Position numbers and translations under genes: made by a program. Positions 1 through 13,903 of a stretch of 64,000 bases of DNA are shown here, piece after piece. The stretch lies in the NCBI RefSeq assembly GCF_001194135.2, contig NC_069003.1:819801-883800 (forward strand). Reading direction: 5' to 3'. Below the pieces are notes generated by a model. That model searched no databases, was not told where the DNA came from, and saw nothing but the letters and a program-made list of their open reading frames with translations. Numbering within the stretch: position 1 is the first letter of the stretch; each line of letters opens with the position of its first letter. The DNA comes from Octopus bimaculoides (taxonomy: Eukaryota).

Positions 1-199
1 TTCCATAAATCTAATGTAAGATACTTAACGTTTATAATTAAATCCGTTTTTTTTTTTTTTATTCGTCACTGGAAATACGGCGAGCAAAAGTGCTTTGAAT
101 CCCATCTTAAGATTTTACAGAATATACGGAATGATTACGTTTGGAATATCTTCGTCCATGAATGTTTTGAATGAAGGCTAAACAAGAACAAGAGAAACA

Positions 200-358
200 T
201 ATGTATGTATGTATGTACGTATGTATGTATGTACGTAAGTATGTATGTATGTATGTATGTATGTATGTATGTATGTATGTGTGTATGTATGTGTGTGTGG
301 ATATATGTGTATGTCTGTATACATGTATGTATGTATGTATGTATGTATGTATGTATGT
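200..358. repeat. (TATG)n/(TG)n compound microsatellite
   Basis: Direct tandem tatg repeats. They generate the MYVC/YIHT pseudo-ORFs at 171-594. Confidence 0.95.
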
Positions 359-859
359 GTAAAGTGCATACCTGTAAGAGCCGTCTCGTTTGTAAAAGAA
401 CTTTTACAAACGTTCGCTTTAAACTCTACTTTGATCAAGATGTAGATATCAGAGATAAAGGAATTATGAAAACATATTTCAAAGATTCACGCTCCGAAGG
501 GCAAATGATCTCGTTTGACATTATAGCGAATAATAAATACATGCGTTTGCCCACCCACCCCCACACATACACACAGACATACACAAGTACGTAGGGATGT
601 ACGAATTTAGTTTTTGCATAGATGTGGGTCGTTTGTGTTTAGTAGTTGATGATAAGGTAAGAGGGACGATTTCTGAGTATCAAGTTGGAGAAAGATAAGG
701 CAGAGAATCGTTAGAGATGTCAGCGGTTTACAGAATTTACGACAGCGTTTAGGAAGATATCAGCATAGCTTTGCGTATCATATACGCATACATATATATA
801 GATACGTATAGCCCCCTCTCACACGCATATAAGTATGAATATATATCTATTATATATAT

Positions 860-892
<33 letters not shown>

Positions 893-1190
893 AATATATA
901 TATATATANNNNNNNNNNNNNNNNNNNNNNNNNNNNNNNNNNNNNNNNNNNNNNNNNNNNNNNNNNNNNNNNNNNNNNNNNNNNNNNNNNNNNNNNNNNN
1001 NNNNNNNNNNNNNNNNNNNNNNNNNNNNNNNNNNNNNNNNNNNNNNNNNNNNNNNNNNNNNNNNNNNNNNNNNNNNNNNNNNNNNNNNNNNNNNNNNNNN
1101 NNNNNNNNNNNNNNNNNNNNNNNNNNNNNNNNNNNNNNNNNNNNNNNNNNNNNNNNNNNNNNNNNNNNNNNNNNNNNNNNNNNNNNNNNN

Positions 1191-1517
1191 CTCTCTAAAG
1201 GAGACCACGGCAGCGGTACTGGAAATTAATAGTTATCGCCAAGCCAACATGGCAGTCCCAAAATTAGGACGAAAGCTGCCGTGAATTAGCTCCAAGAAGC
1301 CATCGCCTCTAGCTAGCTATGTGACACACGAAACCTGTGTCCTTTATAACCTTCGAACAGGGGATGTCAGCAGTTTCCCCTTGCTGGTTTGGCATCTGCA
1401 GACTAGTTTCAGGGTGTTGCCCCTTGTCAATGCAGAGCAGCCAAGCTCCAGCCAGGCGGCGCTGCTGACTATCTGTTCGAAAGTTATTTATCTAATTTCA
1501 GTGGAATCTATCCACTG
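1191..1517. other. GC-richer, highly self-complementary element (probably an interspersed repeat or retroelement terminal region); left end abuts a gap
   Basis: cacggcagc 1206-1214 pairs with gctgccgtg 1275-1283. A gtcc/ggac stem (1255-1258/1267-1270) is followed by GAAA. A long imperfect hairpin spans 1346-1487. Confidence 0.6.
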
Positions 1518-1911
1518 GTTTTCAGAAATAGAGTTATATATATATACACACACACATATATTTATATGTATATAAATATATATACATTTATATGTATATA
1601 GTCATAGAGGTGACGTTCGTTTTATAATGATATAGTATAAATTTATTGCTTTTAGAAATTTTATTGTTTCAAACCAAACTTGCCGCAACCGTTTCATCCG
1701 AAATTATGCAAAACAGAATATTAAAGAAATATAAAAGGAATTTGATTAAAAAAAACAAAAAAAAAAAACAGAATTATCCAATTCAACATCTAAATATATT
1801 CATTAAGTCTACCGAGAGGCTGCTGTCAGCTGTCCTGATGTTAATGAGGCGCAACGTCGGAAGCACACTCAGAAGATGATCGCCCACATACACAGACACA
1901 CACAAGTATAT

Positions 1912-2033
<122 letters not shown>

Positions 2034-2139
2034 TCGTATATATATGTATGTTTTAATAGACATCTTAAGATTAACAATACTTTCCTTGTTTTTCTTAGGA
2101 TTTTAGAACTCACATGTTCTGATATTCCCATTTCTTATT

Positions 2140-2860
2140 CCTTAATTTATAATTCTAAAGAAGGTGATTTTTCAGCGGAATTCTTCTGCATTTGCTGCTT
2201 CGCATTCTTTCGTTTTTTCGAAATGCAATGAAAATTGATTTCAACAATCTTACCAACTTAAATTTAAGTTCCATACTTTTCTGTACAGACAATGTAATAA
2301 ATTTTAGCAGGGCTTCATCCTCACCAAGATCTGCTGCAATGTCATCTGTTCTTGGACTTTTGTTCTTTTTTCAAACTTCTTTTTTCTTTTTCCATTTTTA
2401 TGTCGGATATTTATGGTGAAAGAATCTCTTTCCGCAACACAATTTTTAACTTTGATCATTTCGATGACTTTCCCTTTGATTACAATCAGTCGTTATCTTG
2501 TATAAGAAGTAAGCGTGGTATTATTTCGATCTTTTCTCATTATTTTTGCCTTCATAATGCCTATTACTCTCTTTGTATTTGCTAACATTATTTGATGCGA
2601 AGATTCTTATTATTAGCTTCAATGCTTCCTAAATACTTTTATCAGCGTTTATTATTGTATTTTTCCATCACAAATTTTGTTGACGTTTTTCTCTCTCTTT
2701 TATTTTTCATCATAGATTGAATTTCATGACTCAGCTCCTGATATCAGTCTTTCGATTCCAATGATGTCATACTTCTGGTTTTTACACACCTACTTTCTTC
2801 AATATTATCGAATGTCTCGCTTGTTTTCCACTTCACTCATCCTTTTTCATTTTCTTTGTT
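2140..2860 (-). mobile_element. Decayed RTE-type LINE, N-terminal part of the reverse transcriptase region
   Basis: Minus strand reads KNKSPRTDDIAADL...EALLKFIT...KSIFIAF.K..AKQ.C..RI across frameshifts. This resembles the RTE pattern KAPGxDxIxAEL...WxKSIFIPLxKKG.A.EC.NYR.I. Many stops. Confidence 0.55.
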
Positions 2861-5644
2861 TCTCCTGGTAAAAAAACGGAAAGAAAAGAAGCGAATCATT
2901 TTCTTTCTTTCTTTTCTGTTTCAGCTCCATCACATACCTCTACTACAGTGGCTTTACATTGGACAAAGATGGGGAAATTAGATTTTATTTCAACGTTATA
3001 TTCATTTGAAATATTCAGAATAACTTATCTTCTTGATATTTTAGTCTTTCTATTTCTATTAAGAAGCACATTATATTTTCTTGCGAAAAAAATAGACAAT
3101 AGCTAATAAATTAATGCAGTAGACAACCCCTGGATATGCTCTAATTTTTTTTCACACTGTTCCGGTCGTAGTCCGTTCAGATGAGTTCCAAGTACAACGT
3201 CATCTATAGAGTTGCTTAAGCCACGTATTAAAAGAACAATGATAATTTGATTCAGAAACCCCGACTAAACGCTCTCCTTGATAATTCTAAAATGGCTTAG
3301 GGGGATATCAATTTCGTGCTTGATCTTCCTCCTACGTTAACATTTGCATATCCAATCGGAAAGGAAGATATTTTGGTAGCAATTGATCGGTTGCATGAAG
3401 AAGGCCTTAAATATGTTCTCTGTATTTCTCTAGCATATAATTCTTTATCGCTTTATCTTGTCATTTAGTTGATGCACTGATTTGGGAACGAACTTGCACA
3501 TGGGATGTGATTATTTTGTACGTGAGTTTATGTTGTGATGTAGATGTATGTAGAAATTACTTTATTGATATATAAATATGTACTTACCTATATATATATA
3601 TATACCGAAATCTTCAGTGATAAATAATAAGAGTGAAGAACGAATGTATAGTGCGTGTGTTTATTTAGCATAAAAGGTAAAACAGAATAAGAAAAAAATA
3701 CCCGTTTCAACACACGATTTCACATTTGGAATCTTGCAACACAAATTCATAGAGTATATATATATATACACACACACATATATATATATATATATCTGTT
3801 TGTTTTCTACACCACCTGTCTTCGTCTGTTGTTTTTTTTGTGAATTCTCCTTATACATACATACATATACATATATGTATGATTGCACACATCTACGTCT
3901 GCCATTTAACATTCAATGTTACATAAAGCCCTTAACCTTTGCGATATGAAATTGCATGCAAAGAAACTGGAATCCGTTTGCGTGTAAAACACTGACCTAG
4001 ATGCATTTCAATGCAAGTTTAAGAAAATATATTTCACTCGCAATATATCACTCGCAGATATATATTTTCTCATATAATGAATGTTCATAACTGCATATCT
4101 TTTATTTAGAATGAAAAAAAAAAGCTAATACGTAAACAGAATGAGAAACTGGTGTGTATATGTTTTAAATGAAATAAAAAAAGATAAAATACAAGAAAAG
4201 TACAAAGTCATAATTATATATATATTTTTTCATTTGGAAACGTATAGAACAACCAAAATCTATTTCATAGACATGAAACAGAAATCAGATAATTTTCCGA
4301 TTTTTTTTCTTTAAAATTTTTGTTTCTCCATTTTATGAAAGAAAAATTCTAATTCAGCCTAGTANNNNNNNNNNNNNNNNNNNNNNNNNNNNNNNNNNNN
4401 NNNNNNNNNNNNNNNNNNNNNNNNNNNNNNNNNNNNNNNNNNNNNNNNNNNNNNNNNNNNNNNNNNNNNNNNNNNNNNNNNNNNNNNNNNNNNNNNNNNN
4501 NNNNNNNNNNNNNNNNNNNNNNNNNNNNNNNNNNNNNNNNNNNNNNNNNNNNNNNNNNNNNNNNNNNNNNNNNNNNNNNNNNNNNNNNNNNNNNNNNNNN
4601 NNNNNNNNNNNNNNNNNNNNNNNNNNNNNNNNNNNNNNNNNNNNNNNNNNNNNNNNNNNNNNNNNNNNNNNNNNNNNNNNNNNNNNNNNNNNNNNNNNNN
4701 NNNNNNNNNNNNNNNNNNNNNNNNNNNNNNNNNNNNNNNNNNNNNNNNNNNNNNNNNNNNNNNNNNNNNNNNNNNNNNNNNNNNNNNNNNNNNNNNNNNN
4801 NNNNNNNNNNNNNNNNNNNNNNNNNNNNNNNNNNNNNNNNNNNNNNNNNNNNNNNNNNNNNNNNNNNNNNNNNNNNNNNNNNNNNNNNNNNNNNNNNNNN
4901 NNNNNNNNNNNNNNNNNNNNNNNNNNNNNNNNNNNNNNNNNNNNNNNNNNNNNNNNNNNNNNNNNNNNNNNNNNNNNNNNNNNNNNNNNNNNNNNNNNNN
5001 NNNNNNNNNNNNNNNNNNNNNNNNNNNNNNNNNNNNNNNNNNNNNNNNNNNNNNNNNNNNNNNNNNNNNNNNNNNNNNNNNNNNNNNNNNNNNNNNNNNN
5101 NNNNNNNNNNNNNNNNNNNNNNNNNNNNNNNNNNNNNNNNNNNNNNNNNNNNNNNNNNNNNNNNNNNNNNNNNNNNNNNNNNNNNNNNNNNNNNNNNNNN
5201 NATATATATATATATATATATATACAAACATATATATATGCTACCTGCTCAAACGACTATACTTAACAAAAGCTATTAAACAGACAGAAGCGCAAACATG
5301 CAATATTCATCTTCATTATATTGAGAAATGCTTTGATGATACATGTCAAAATACATTATATTTCGGCACACTTTCCCTCTGTATGTAAGCATGTCTGTAT
5401 GAATGTGTGTATGTATGTATGTATGTATGTATTAAAACTTAGAATGAAAATGATGTTGTGAATGTTGACGCCATTTTTTTACTTGTGGCTAATTGTGACT
5501 TCCGCTATTTGAAAAAAAACACCTAAAATGATTCTCAATAATTAACGGACTCATTTGAAGTGTTACGATTCGTGAAATAGTTCATGTTACTGGAAATTAT
5601 AAATATGATTCTTTTTTATCCAAAAACCAGTTCATACATCCATA

Positions 5645-5658
5645 GATATACACATACA

Positions 5659-5692
<34 letters not shown>

Positions 5693-5830
5693 CATACATG
5701 CATGCATGCATCCATCCATCCATCCATCCATCCATCCATACATACATACATACATACATACATACATGCATGCATGCATCCATCCATCCATACATACATA
5801 CATACATACATACATACATACATACATACG
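5645..5830. repeat. Compound (TACA)n/(CATC)n/(CATG)n tetranucleotide microsatellite
   Basis: Direct tandem arrays. Confidence 0.95.
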
Positions 5831-5889
5831 AATGTACACATACATGAATGTACATATTTATATACCTGCATATCTACCTATCTCACTAC

Positions 5890-6165
5890 TTTGCTGTCTA
5901 CGAATACGTCAATGTAAACAATGTGGTCGGTGATAGAAAAATAGGCGACGAGTGTATACACCTGTTTTTGGAGTTCTTCAGCACCACATGGTGGCCATTA
6001 ACCAGCCACGAACCATCAACAACTGCTGAAATATGCATATACACCCATCACCGACATTTTCTGTTTTCAGTTGCATTTCTTACATAGACATATTCGTATA
6101 TGGAAGGTCGTAACTTTCAATGCTGGCTCTAAATTACCTAAGAGAATCTGTAGAGAAATATTTTA
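5890..6165 (+). mobile_element. Possible very old RTE LINE 3' fragment
   Basis: Fragments CLRIRQ and QLHFLHRHIR...KLPKRICREI weakly echo RTE RCLRxI...QLRWxGHVxRM...RLPKxI. Confidence 0.28.
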
Positions 6166-7729
6166 AAAACTGTTTGATTCTCGCTGCTAAAATAGCATTG
6201 AATTAGAAGCTTTTAATATAAATGGAAGTATGTTATGCTTCTATAACAAAATACAGTGTCCCTACCAGCAACCAATGTCTACATGATTTTGTGGTAACAG
6301 CATGAGCTTTAAAATACCTATAGAGCAGGCTGTAACACTAGGAATCGATTGTAAAATATGACACAGACAAAAATGGCGGATATTGAGCAAAAAAAAAGAG
6401 GTGTTTACTCAGAGTCAATGAGCATACATTGAAATATTGCTTTACTATTTTGTTACTAAAGGATGATCGATACCAACCACCGTTAATTATGATTGCATAA
6501 CGCCTAGAAAATCGATTATTAATGAAGTTGCAACAAAATGCCAGCCCAAATTTGATTCCGTAAACAAATTTCTTATACGGAAGTAAATAGAAAATATTGA
6601 CGTCCACACAACATAGAAAATGTCCCGGTTGAACGACCATCATCACTTACTTTCATACGGCCATTACTTCTATATGGTCACCTCCCTTATGTATGTATGT
6701 ATGTATGCATGTATGTATATATGCATGCATGCATGTATGCATGTATTTATGCATGTATGTACGTATGTATGAAAATGTGTGATTGTTCTTATTTTAATTC
6801 ATATGTATGTTCATATTTTAATTCATATACATACATACGGATAAAAAAATACGCATATAAATATGCGTATGTATTTACGTATATCCTTTTAAACGTCTAT
6901 CAATCTGTCTGTCTGTTTGTCTATCTAGCGCTATATGGAAATAAATTAGCTATACAAATTCAATAAAACCTAGGTACATCAGCACGTAGGACGGCAGAAA
7001 TGGCTAGGTACGATAGCGTAGTGTTCTCAATGATGTAAACAAGACAGGATACAGCATACACCAAAAAAATTCTGCAAATCTACCGAAACAGCTGTTGTAA
7101 ATATTAAACGCCATTTGTGTTTTCCTTTTTGTGTGTGTGAGTGTGTGTGTGTGTGTGTTAGTGTGTGTATGGATATATGCATATTCCTATGTATGCATTA
7201 TACGTATGCGTGTGTGAATTTATGCATAATAACATTAACTTGCACAATGATATCCACCATGAAATAATAGAATTGAAGATTTGTAATACGGAAATTTGCA
7301 TTCAGTGTCGAACACAATGAAAAGAAAATCTGTAATTAATATAACACAAGTTTCAAACATTGACTGTCTCGTTTACTTCCTGAAACAATACTGCACATTG
7401 TTTCAGCTTGTCGGACACGACATCTTATGAAATATTCTTTGAGACGCAAGAATGTAGCGACACCGCTCTACATAGACCAGGACATCCGGTTTCAACTCCT
7501 CAGTGAGAGAAATCTCTCTGTTGCTGACATGAACATAATTCTATTTTTTAGACAATGACAGTGTGAAGTTGGGGATTCTTATGATGACACAGAAAGATCA
7601 ACAGATCACATATAATAATCCTGACAATGAAGTGCGAAAATGATGATAATGCACCAATAATTGACAAATGTTTGTAATGTTTTGTAGAAGTGAGTTGAAA
7701 GGATATGAAATTTAACGCTTCTTGTTATG

Positions 7730-8190
7730 TGTATTTTCTGCATTTACACCGCTGCCATCGCTCCCATGAATCTGTGTACCCCAGCCATACTGTCTTCGGA
7801 ACATCCTAGTGGAATATTGAATAATTGTACGACCAAGATGAAGCATATTTCACATAATATTAAGATTATCTATATTACATCTTGGACGTTGGCTACTCCA
7901 TGGATAACAACGCCTGCTGTGGCGATTTTAGACACTTGCAGTTAAATATCTCCGACATGATCCAGTCTGTGGACGACTTATCCCAGCAGAGCGAGTGTAT
8001 GAGGCTAACTTAAAAGACTTAATGTTAAGCGTAGCGACGTATCTACGCATCTGAGAGCTTCAGTTGTGTGTGCACGATGGCAAAGCGATGAACTGTTTGG
8101 CTCCGTGATGTGATGGCGGATATGTTTGTATATGTGGACGATCGTACGGATGTGGGTAGATGCGAATAGTTCTTGACGGGTAGGGATTAA
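7730..8190 (+). mobile_element. Decayed RTE LINE ORF2 C-terminal fragment
   Basis: Collinear motifs in mixed frames: IYTAAIAP, YCLRNIL, RWLLHG, GRL...YEANLKDL, I*E, YVCICGRS. They follow the order of the RTE C-terminus (VYxAVVLP, RCLRxIL, RWxGH, GRP..KDxLK, WE, CxCGR). Confidence 0.5.
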
Positions 8191-8736
8191 CAATGCCTGA
8201 AAGTGTACTTGTATCCCAGACTTTATTGTGTGATTGTGCGTGTGCAATTATTCACACACACATACACACGCCCGCGCCTATGTGCACAGACACACACGTA
8301 CAGATACATGCACATACACACACGCACACACACGCACACTCGCATACACATGTGATATAAAGTCAAATTCAAATAAATGTGTATCTATCTCTCCTTATAT
8401 CTATATGGGTGTGCTAGTGTCTGTGCGTCTGTGTGCTTCTGTATTACTGAATATTAATTAATTTGTCTAATCAAACTTTATAATTTGCTAATATGACAAA
8501 TTGTTTCAGTAGAAGACCTGGGAAATCTCTTATCTTTCATGCAACATAGCTTCGCTATTATTTCCACCAAAATCGTTTGATAAACGATATGCGATGGACA
8601 CCAGATAAGGGGAGTTACAGAATAAACTCCGTTTGTTATAGCCACACATATATCTATTCGTATTTCACTCTGAGTGTGTGCATATCTCTGTACCTATGCA
8701 TGTATATGTGCATCGGTGTATATGTATGTATGCATG

Positions 8737-8737
<1 letters not shown>

Positions 8738-8798
<61 letters not shown>
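8738..8798. repeat. (TATC)n microsatellite
   Basis: Perfect tandem tatc. Confidence 0.95.
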
Positions 8799-8799
<1 letters not shown>

Positions 8800-9021
8800 T
8801 ATATAAAACACACACAGACACACATATATATGTGCGCAATGTATTTTATCACTGTTTCCACTTAGTTTATCACAAGTGTAATAGGTTAAACGCTTGTTCG
8901 ATTAATCATTGATTGCTTATGACTTTGGCGTTGTGTCTGTCTACAAAATATATACACATATATACATATATATGCATATAAATATATGTGTGTGTGAGTG
9001 TATATATATATATGCATAGAA

Positions 9022-9064
<43 letters not shown>

Positions 9065-9209
9065 NNNNNNNNNNNNNNNNNNNNNNNNNNNNNNNNNNNN
9101 NNNNNNNNNNNNNNNNNNNNNNNNNNNNNNNNNNNNNNNNNNNNNNNNNNNNNNNNNNNNNNNNNNNNNNNNNNNNNNNNNNNNNNNNNNNNNNNNNNNN
9201 NNNNNNNNN

Positions 9210-9248
<39 letters not shown>

Positions 9249-9529
9249 TGTATATTATACGTGTGTGTGTGTGTATGCAGGCGCGACTGTGTGTATCAAA
9301 ATATTCAAAATTTATGGGATGCGATGCGAAGCAAAACTAAAATGAAGCATCCAATCCGAGTCCAACGCACCGTAATTATAGCCACGAATGTTAGGGGTGT
9401 TTGTCCTATTTACTTAACATTTTATTTCAACACAGAATTTTGTTCTCATTTCTTGAAGCCGATCCTTCTTCTCATGAACAAACCTAAAAACATTGCTTGC
9501 TAGGCTTTAGGGTTTCTCTCTGTGAGTGA

Positions 9530-9780
9530 TTTTCATGGATTAAGAATCTATGAGGAACGCCATGCAGAATTGATCAACAAATGCTATATACTTGTCTAAA
9601 TACTTAAGGTCTGAAAATCTAACGGAGGTCTCCAGCGACATTTTAAGATCCACAAAGATCAGAACTTAACTGCGGTTCCTGGTGGTCCAAATCGGATATG
9701 CAAGCTATATGGGTGTCTTTTCAATACATTCTCTGGTTTAAAAAGCCCCATCAGACGCCATGATGGATATAAGGTGTAGG
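9530..9780 (+). mobile_element. LINE (RTE-like) 3' end with degenerate tandem C2H2-like motifs
   Basis: Reads GLRIYEERHAEL...GGLQRHFKIH...ICKLYGCLFNTFSGLKSPIRRH. The Cys/His ligands are partly lost; such motifs are typical of RTE ORF2 C-termini. Confidence 0.5.
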
Positions 9781-12700
9781 TACATGAGTAGACAAACAAC
9801 ATAAGGAGTCGACAAACATAACTTATACACACATACGCACACACACACATGTATGTATATATTTGTTTGTAGATAAGCGTACACGCTAGGACATAACTAT
9901 GCATACGTGTATATATGAATATATATTTGTTTGTCGATGTATATGCTTGACTGTATATTTGTGCGTTTGCGTATGCATGTGTGTGTTTGTGTGTGTGTGT
10001 GTGTATGTGTGTGTTTGTGTGTGCGAAGAAAATGTTAAAATACCAGAGAGAATATCTACTGATCTGGGAAGCGAAAGTTTCATGTTTCGAATTCCCAATC
10101 ATAGAAATATGAACGAGTGGATTTAATATTTCGGTTTAAAATGTTGCCGGACAAAATGCACCTCGTCGCTCTTTATGTTCTGAGTTCAATTTCCGTTTTT
10201 GCGTTTTATCCGTTCATTCTTTGGAGCCATGGCGACGATGTAATCGCCCCCCCTCCCCGCTTCCTGTACTTTCAGTTAAAATGGCAGGAAAATACAACTG
10301 GAAAAGAGACATGGATATCAATTTTTAGAAAAAAAAAAAACATTAACTGTAAAAATGGGGTTTTAGATATATATAAAGTTCACTCTTGGAACCGATTAAA
10401 ATGGAAGACGACAGCCGGAAAAACGAGAACAAACAAAAAAAAAGTGTAATTTATGATTTAGAAATAAATGATGATAAGTAACCAAAATGCTTTCTAAGCA
10501 GCTTCCACAAAAAAAAAAACAGAAAAAAAGGCGGGGAATTTGTGTTTATGGGAAATGGTGTACGACATTGAGGAGAAAGTTATCTTATGCAAAGTTAGTG
10601 AAAGATTCAAGGCAAATATCTCCGTGTTGCTCGTAGTGTAGAACTAATGTGTAAAACGTTATTGTGGAATAATAAATCCAGCAGGGTTTTCGAAATAATC
10701 GCATACATACACACAAATATATGTATACAAAAACACACAAAGACACACACACACGCACACACGCACAGACATTTATATATATACGTATAAAAACCTAACA
10801 ACATTCAGATACGCAAACATACAGATAAATATCGAGATAAAGTGAAAAAAACACAAAAATGCCAACGGAAAAACATATACAAAAACAAACTAGTTAAGAA
10901 TAACAATTTCTGTAATTACCTAAAATCAAATGTGACGCCTCGTAAGTTTGTCTAATTAACGGTTCAATGTTCTAGTTTATACACCACGAGCAATTTCGAT
11001 TTAATGTAACCGTTTGGGGTGGAAAGGATAACGAATTTAGTTAAAGCGAAAAAAATGTTTAAAATAAGTAAAGAAAAAACATATTAGATCGATGAAACCA
11101 ATCGGAAATAGATAAATATTTGACTGAGCATCTTGTGTTTGAAATTATAAAACTGTTATAGCAAGAAGAGTTAGTTTGTGTGAATGTGTGTGTGTGTGTG
11201 TGTTGGGGGGGGGGAGAGTACGCGTATGTGTGTGTGTTGTGTATGGTGTGTGTGCGTGAGTAATCGCGGTGTGTTTGTGCATGAGAGCAAGTATGAATCA
11301 GTGAACGCACGTCAGCGTATATCTGAAATGACACTGGAAGATGTCTTGAGGCTGCCTTTAGGATGAAGTACACACAGTTAAGTTCAGGCTGACACAGTAA
11401 TTGTTATGAAGTGAAAATAATGTTTAATCAATTGAAATCATAGCCGTGATAGAAATAATAGCAAATTCATTAAAGTCGAAGACATTTTACTATTCAGGAG
11501 GACAAACCGCAAGAATTCGCGATGTTGTAATTCAGTAAAATTAAATGGAAATGAGCAGCGAGATAGAAATAATTCATTGATCGGGGATGTGTAAAGTTTG
11601 GACCTGTTTCATATTAGGCTTCGTTTGCGATGCGTTGCGGTGACACACCTACAACAAGAAAACAATTACGAGACGTATTTGGAACTGCGAGATTACTTCT
11701 ACACTCACACATACACACGCACAAGTCTCACCAGTGCACACGTATTTTGATGGAGCTTTTTTATCTACAAATAAAATGCATATATGCATCTGTGAATGTT
11801 TGTGTATATGTATATGTATATATATACATACATGCATATATATATATATATANNNNNNNNNNNNNNNNNNNNNNNNNNNNNNNNNNNNNNNNNNNNNNNN
11901 NNNNNNNNNNNNNNNNNNNNNNNNNNNNNNNNNNNNNNNNNNNNNNNNNNNNNNNNNNNNNNNNNNNNNNNNNNNNNNNNNNNNNNNNNNNNNNNNNNNN
12001 NNNNNNNNNNNNNNNNNNNNNNNNNNNNNNNNNNNNNNNNTATAGTGAGAGAGAGAGAGAGAGATGTATATGCAGACTACGTATACATATAACATTTAAT
12101 ACATTTGTGGTTATTGTTAAATACTTTCTCCAGTCTAAGTTTAAGAGAAAATATTTGGGGGACACTGTAAATAATATTTTTACTCAAACGTGAAAATATT
12201 TTCAGTTATGCTGGGTTTATCAATCTATAGACAGCTTTTGTACAAAATCATTCTTATCATCTGTAAAAATAGGTTAAGATTGTCTGGATGAATTCGGTTC
12301 TGCTCTGCCTTCAAATTCCAGACAAATGATTATTCTTTGACGCAGAATCTATTCCAATTTAGGTTTTTACCACCATTTACACTCTTTCCGGATCCAGAGC
12401 AGAATCAGGTACAATCTTATGAATATTAAAATATTCATAAGATCTTAATTTAAAAGATATCAACTTAACAAACATGCATGATATCAGGTATTACGTTGGT
12501 TATAAAAATTAAGAGAACATTAAATTTGTACAACGGAGATCATTGAAATCTTTTTGATAGTAAAATAGCAAACGAGTAAAAACGATGGAGGACTTCGAAC
12601 ACGAAAAATAAAACAAAGTTTTATAACCTTAAATATTTCAAGCACAAAGACGCATCATCAGATGTAAACAATACCAATCATATTGATCACTGTAGCCGAT

Positions 12701-13569
12701 AATAGTTAGACTAACATTTCTTGAGTGTTTGCTTCTGACAATGGGCATTTGTGCCTGAAATATATAAATATTATCAAACATTCTCTTTCCGCATTGTAAA
12801 AAATTCTTCGTCTTCAGGATTTTGTTATTTTTCTTCTTTATCACAAACTACAAGGATATGATTTTATGATAGCATCCTGTATAGCTATTTCTAGTATTTC
12901 AATATTAACATCTATATTTATAGATATCCTATAATCGTATTTTTGCTTTCGTACGACGCTATTTTTATCTGAGGATATATTCGCGTCATTGTATTATATA
13001 ATTCGGATACAATTTCAATTTCCGCTAACATTTTTAGATATTTAATTTCTCACCGTTTATCATAGAGTATATTTTTATCTATTTCTGCAGTCGACCTGGT
13101 TGATAGTTTTTGCACATGGTCGTGCCCCAGCATGGCCGTAGTACAATACATGAAACGAGTAAAAGGCAGTAAAGGATAAAAAGTAATATATGTGTTCATG
13201 TATATATGTGTGTGCTTGTCTGTTCATGTATGTTTGCATGCATGTTTGTATGTATGTTTGAACGTATACATGCCTAACAGCATCCATTACGCCCCACAAT
13301 TCAACGATTCTTTAATAATCTTATACTTAACTTCATTTGGACAGTTTGTCACTAAATTACTTATTAAGAATTACAAATCTGAAACCAACTTCTCTCGAAT
13401 ATAAAAATCTGTCATTTAAACTATCATCCACATAGGAATAACCTATTAAAGTTTATATTACATTACAATACACACTACTTTTAGCGAATTTGCTTTGAAA
13501 TTTACTATTTATAACACTATAAAAATATAAATTGTTGAAGTTGGTGTCGCATTAACAAGTAGACTTGTT

Positions 13570-13760
13570 AGAAATAGATACTAGAATGAAAAGTCAATGT
13601 TATTCCGTATACAGTTAGAAGTGAGATTTGGATGGCATGTAGAGCTGGAGGTCCTTCACTGAGGAAGCGCAGTACGATGATATCCCGTGAACAGGTAGTT
13701 CCGGTGCACATTCCGTACAATACTTGTTTGCTACAATAAATGACTACTCTCTTTGCACTG
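13570..13760 (-). mobile_element. Possible old RTE LINE 3' fragment
   Basis: CSKQVLYGMCTGTTCSRDIIVLRFL..PALHA resembles ISNxxLYxxT...IS..IxxRRLRF. Confidence 0.28.
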
Positions 13761-13872
13761 TACATCTATATGAGACAACCTCTCAAATAGAATATGACAA
13801 TATTCGGCACTCTCATAACACATCCACATTTATTAGGATATAACGATTGCAAACTCACACACACACACGCAC

Positions 13873-13903
<31 letters not shown>

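Noticed and set aside
7860-8010. YILDVGYSM (VWA/Ku80-like) and DPVCG (Kazal-like) peptides
   Set aside because: Isolated short matches in different frames inside a region better explained as an RTE fossil.
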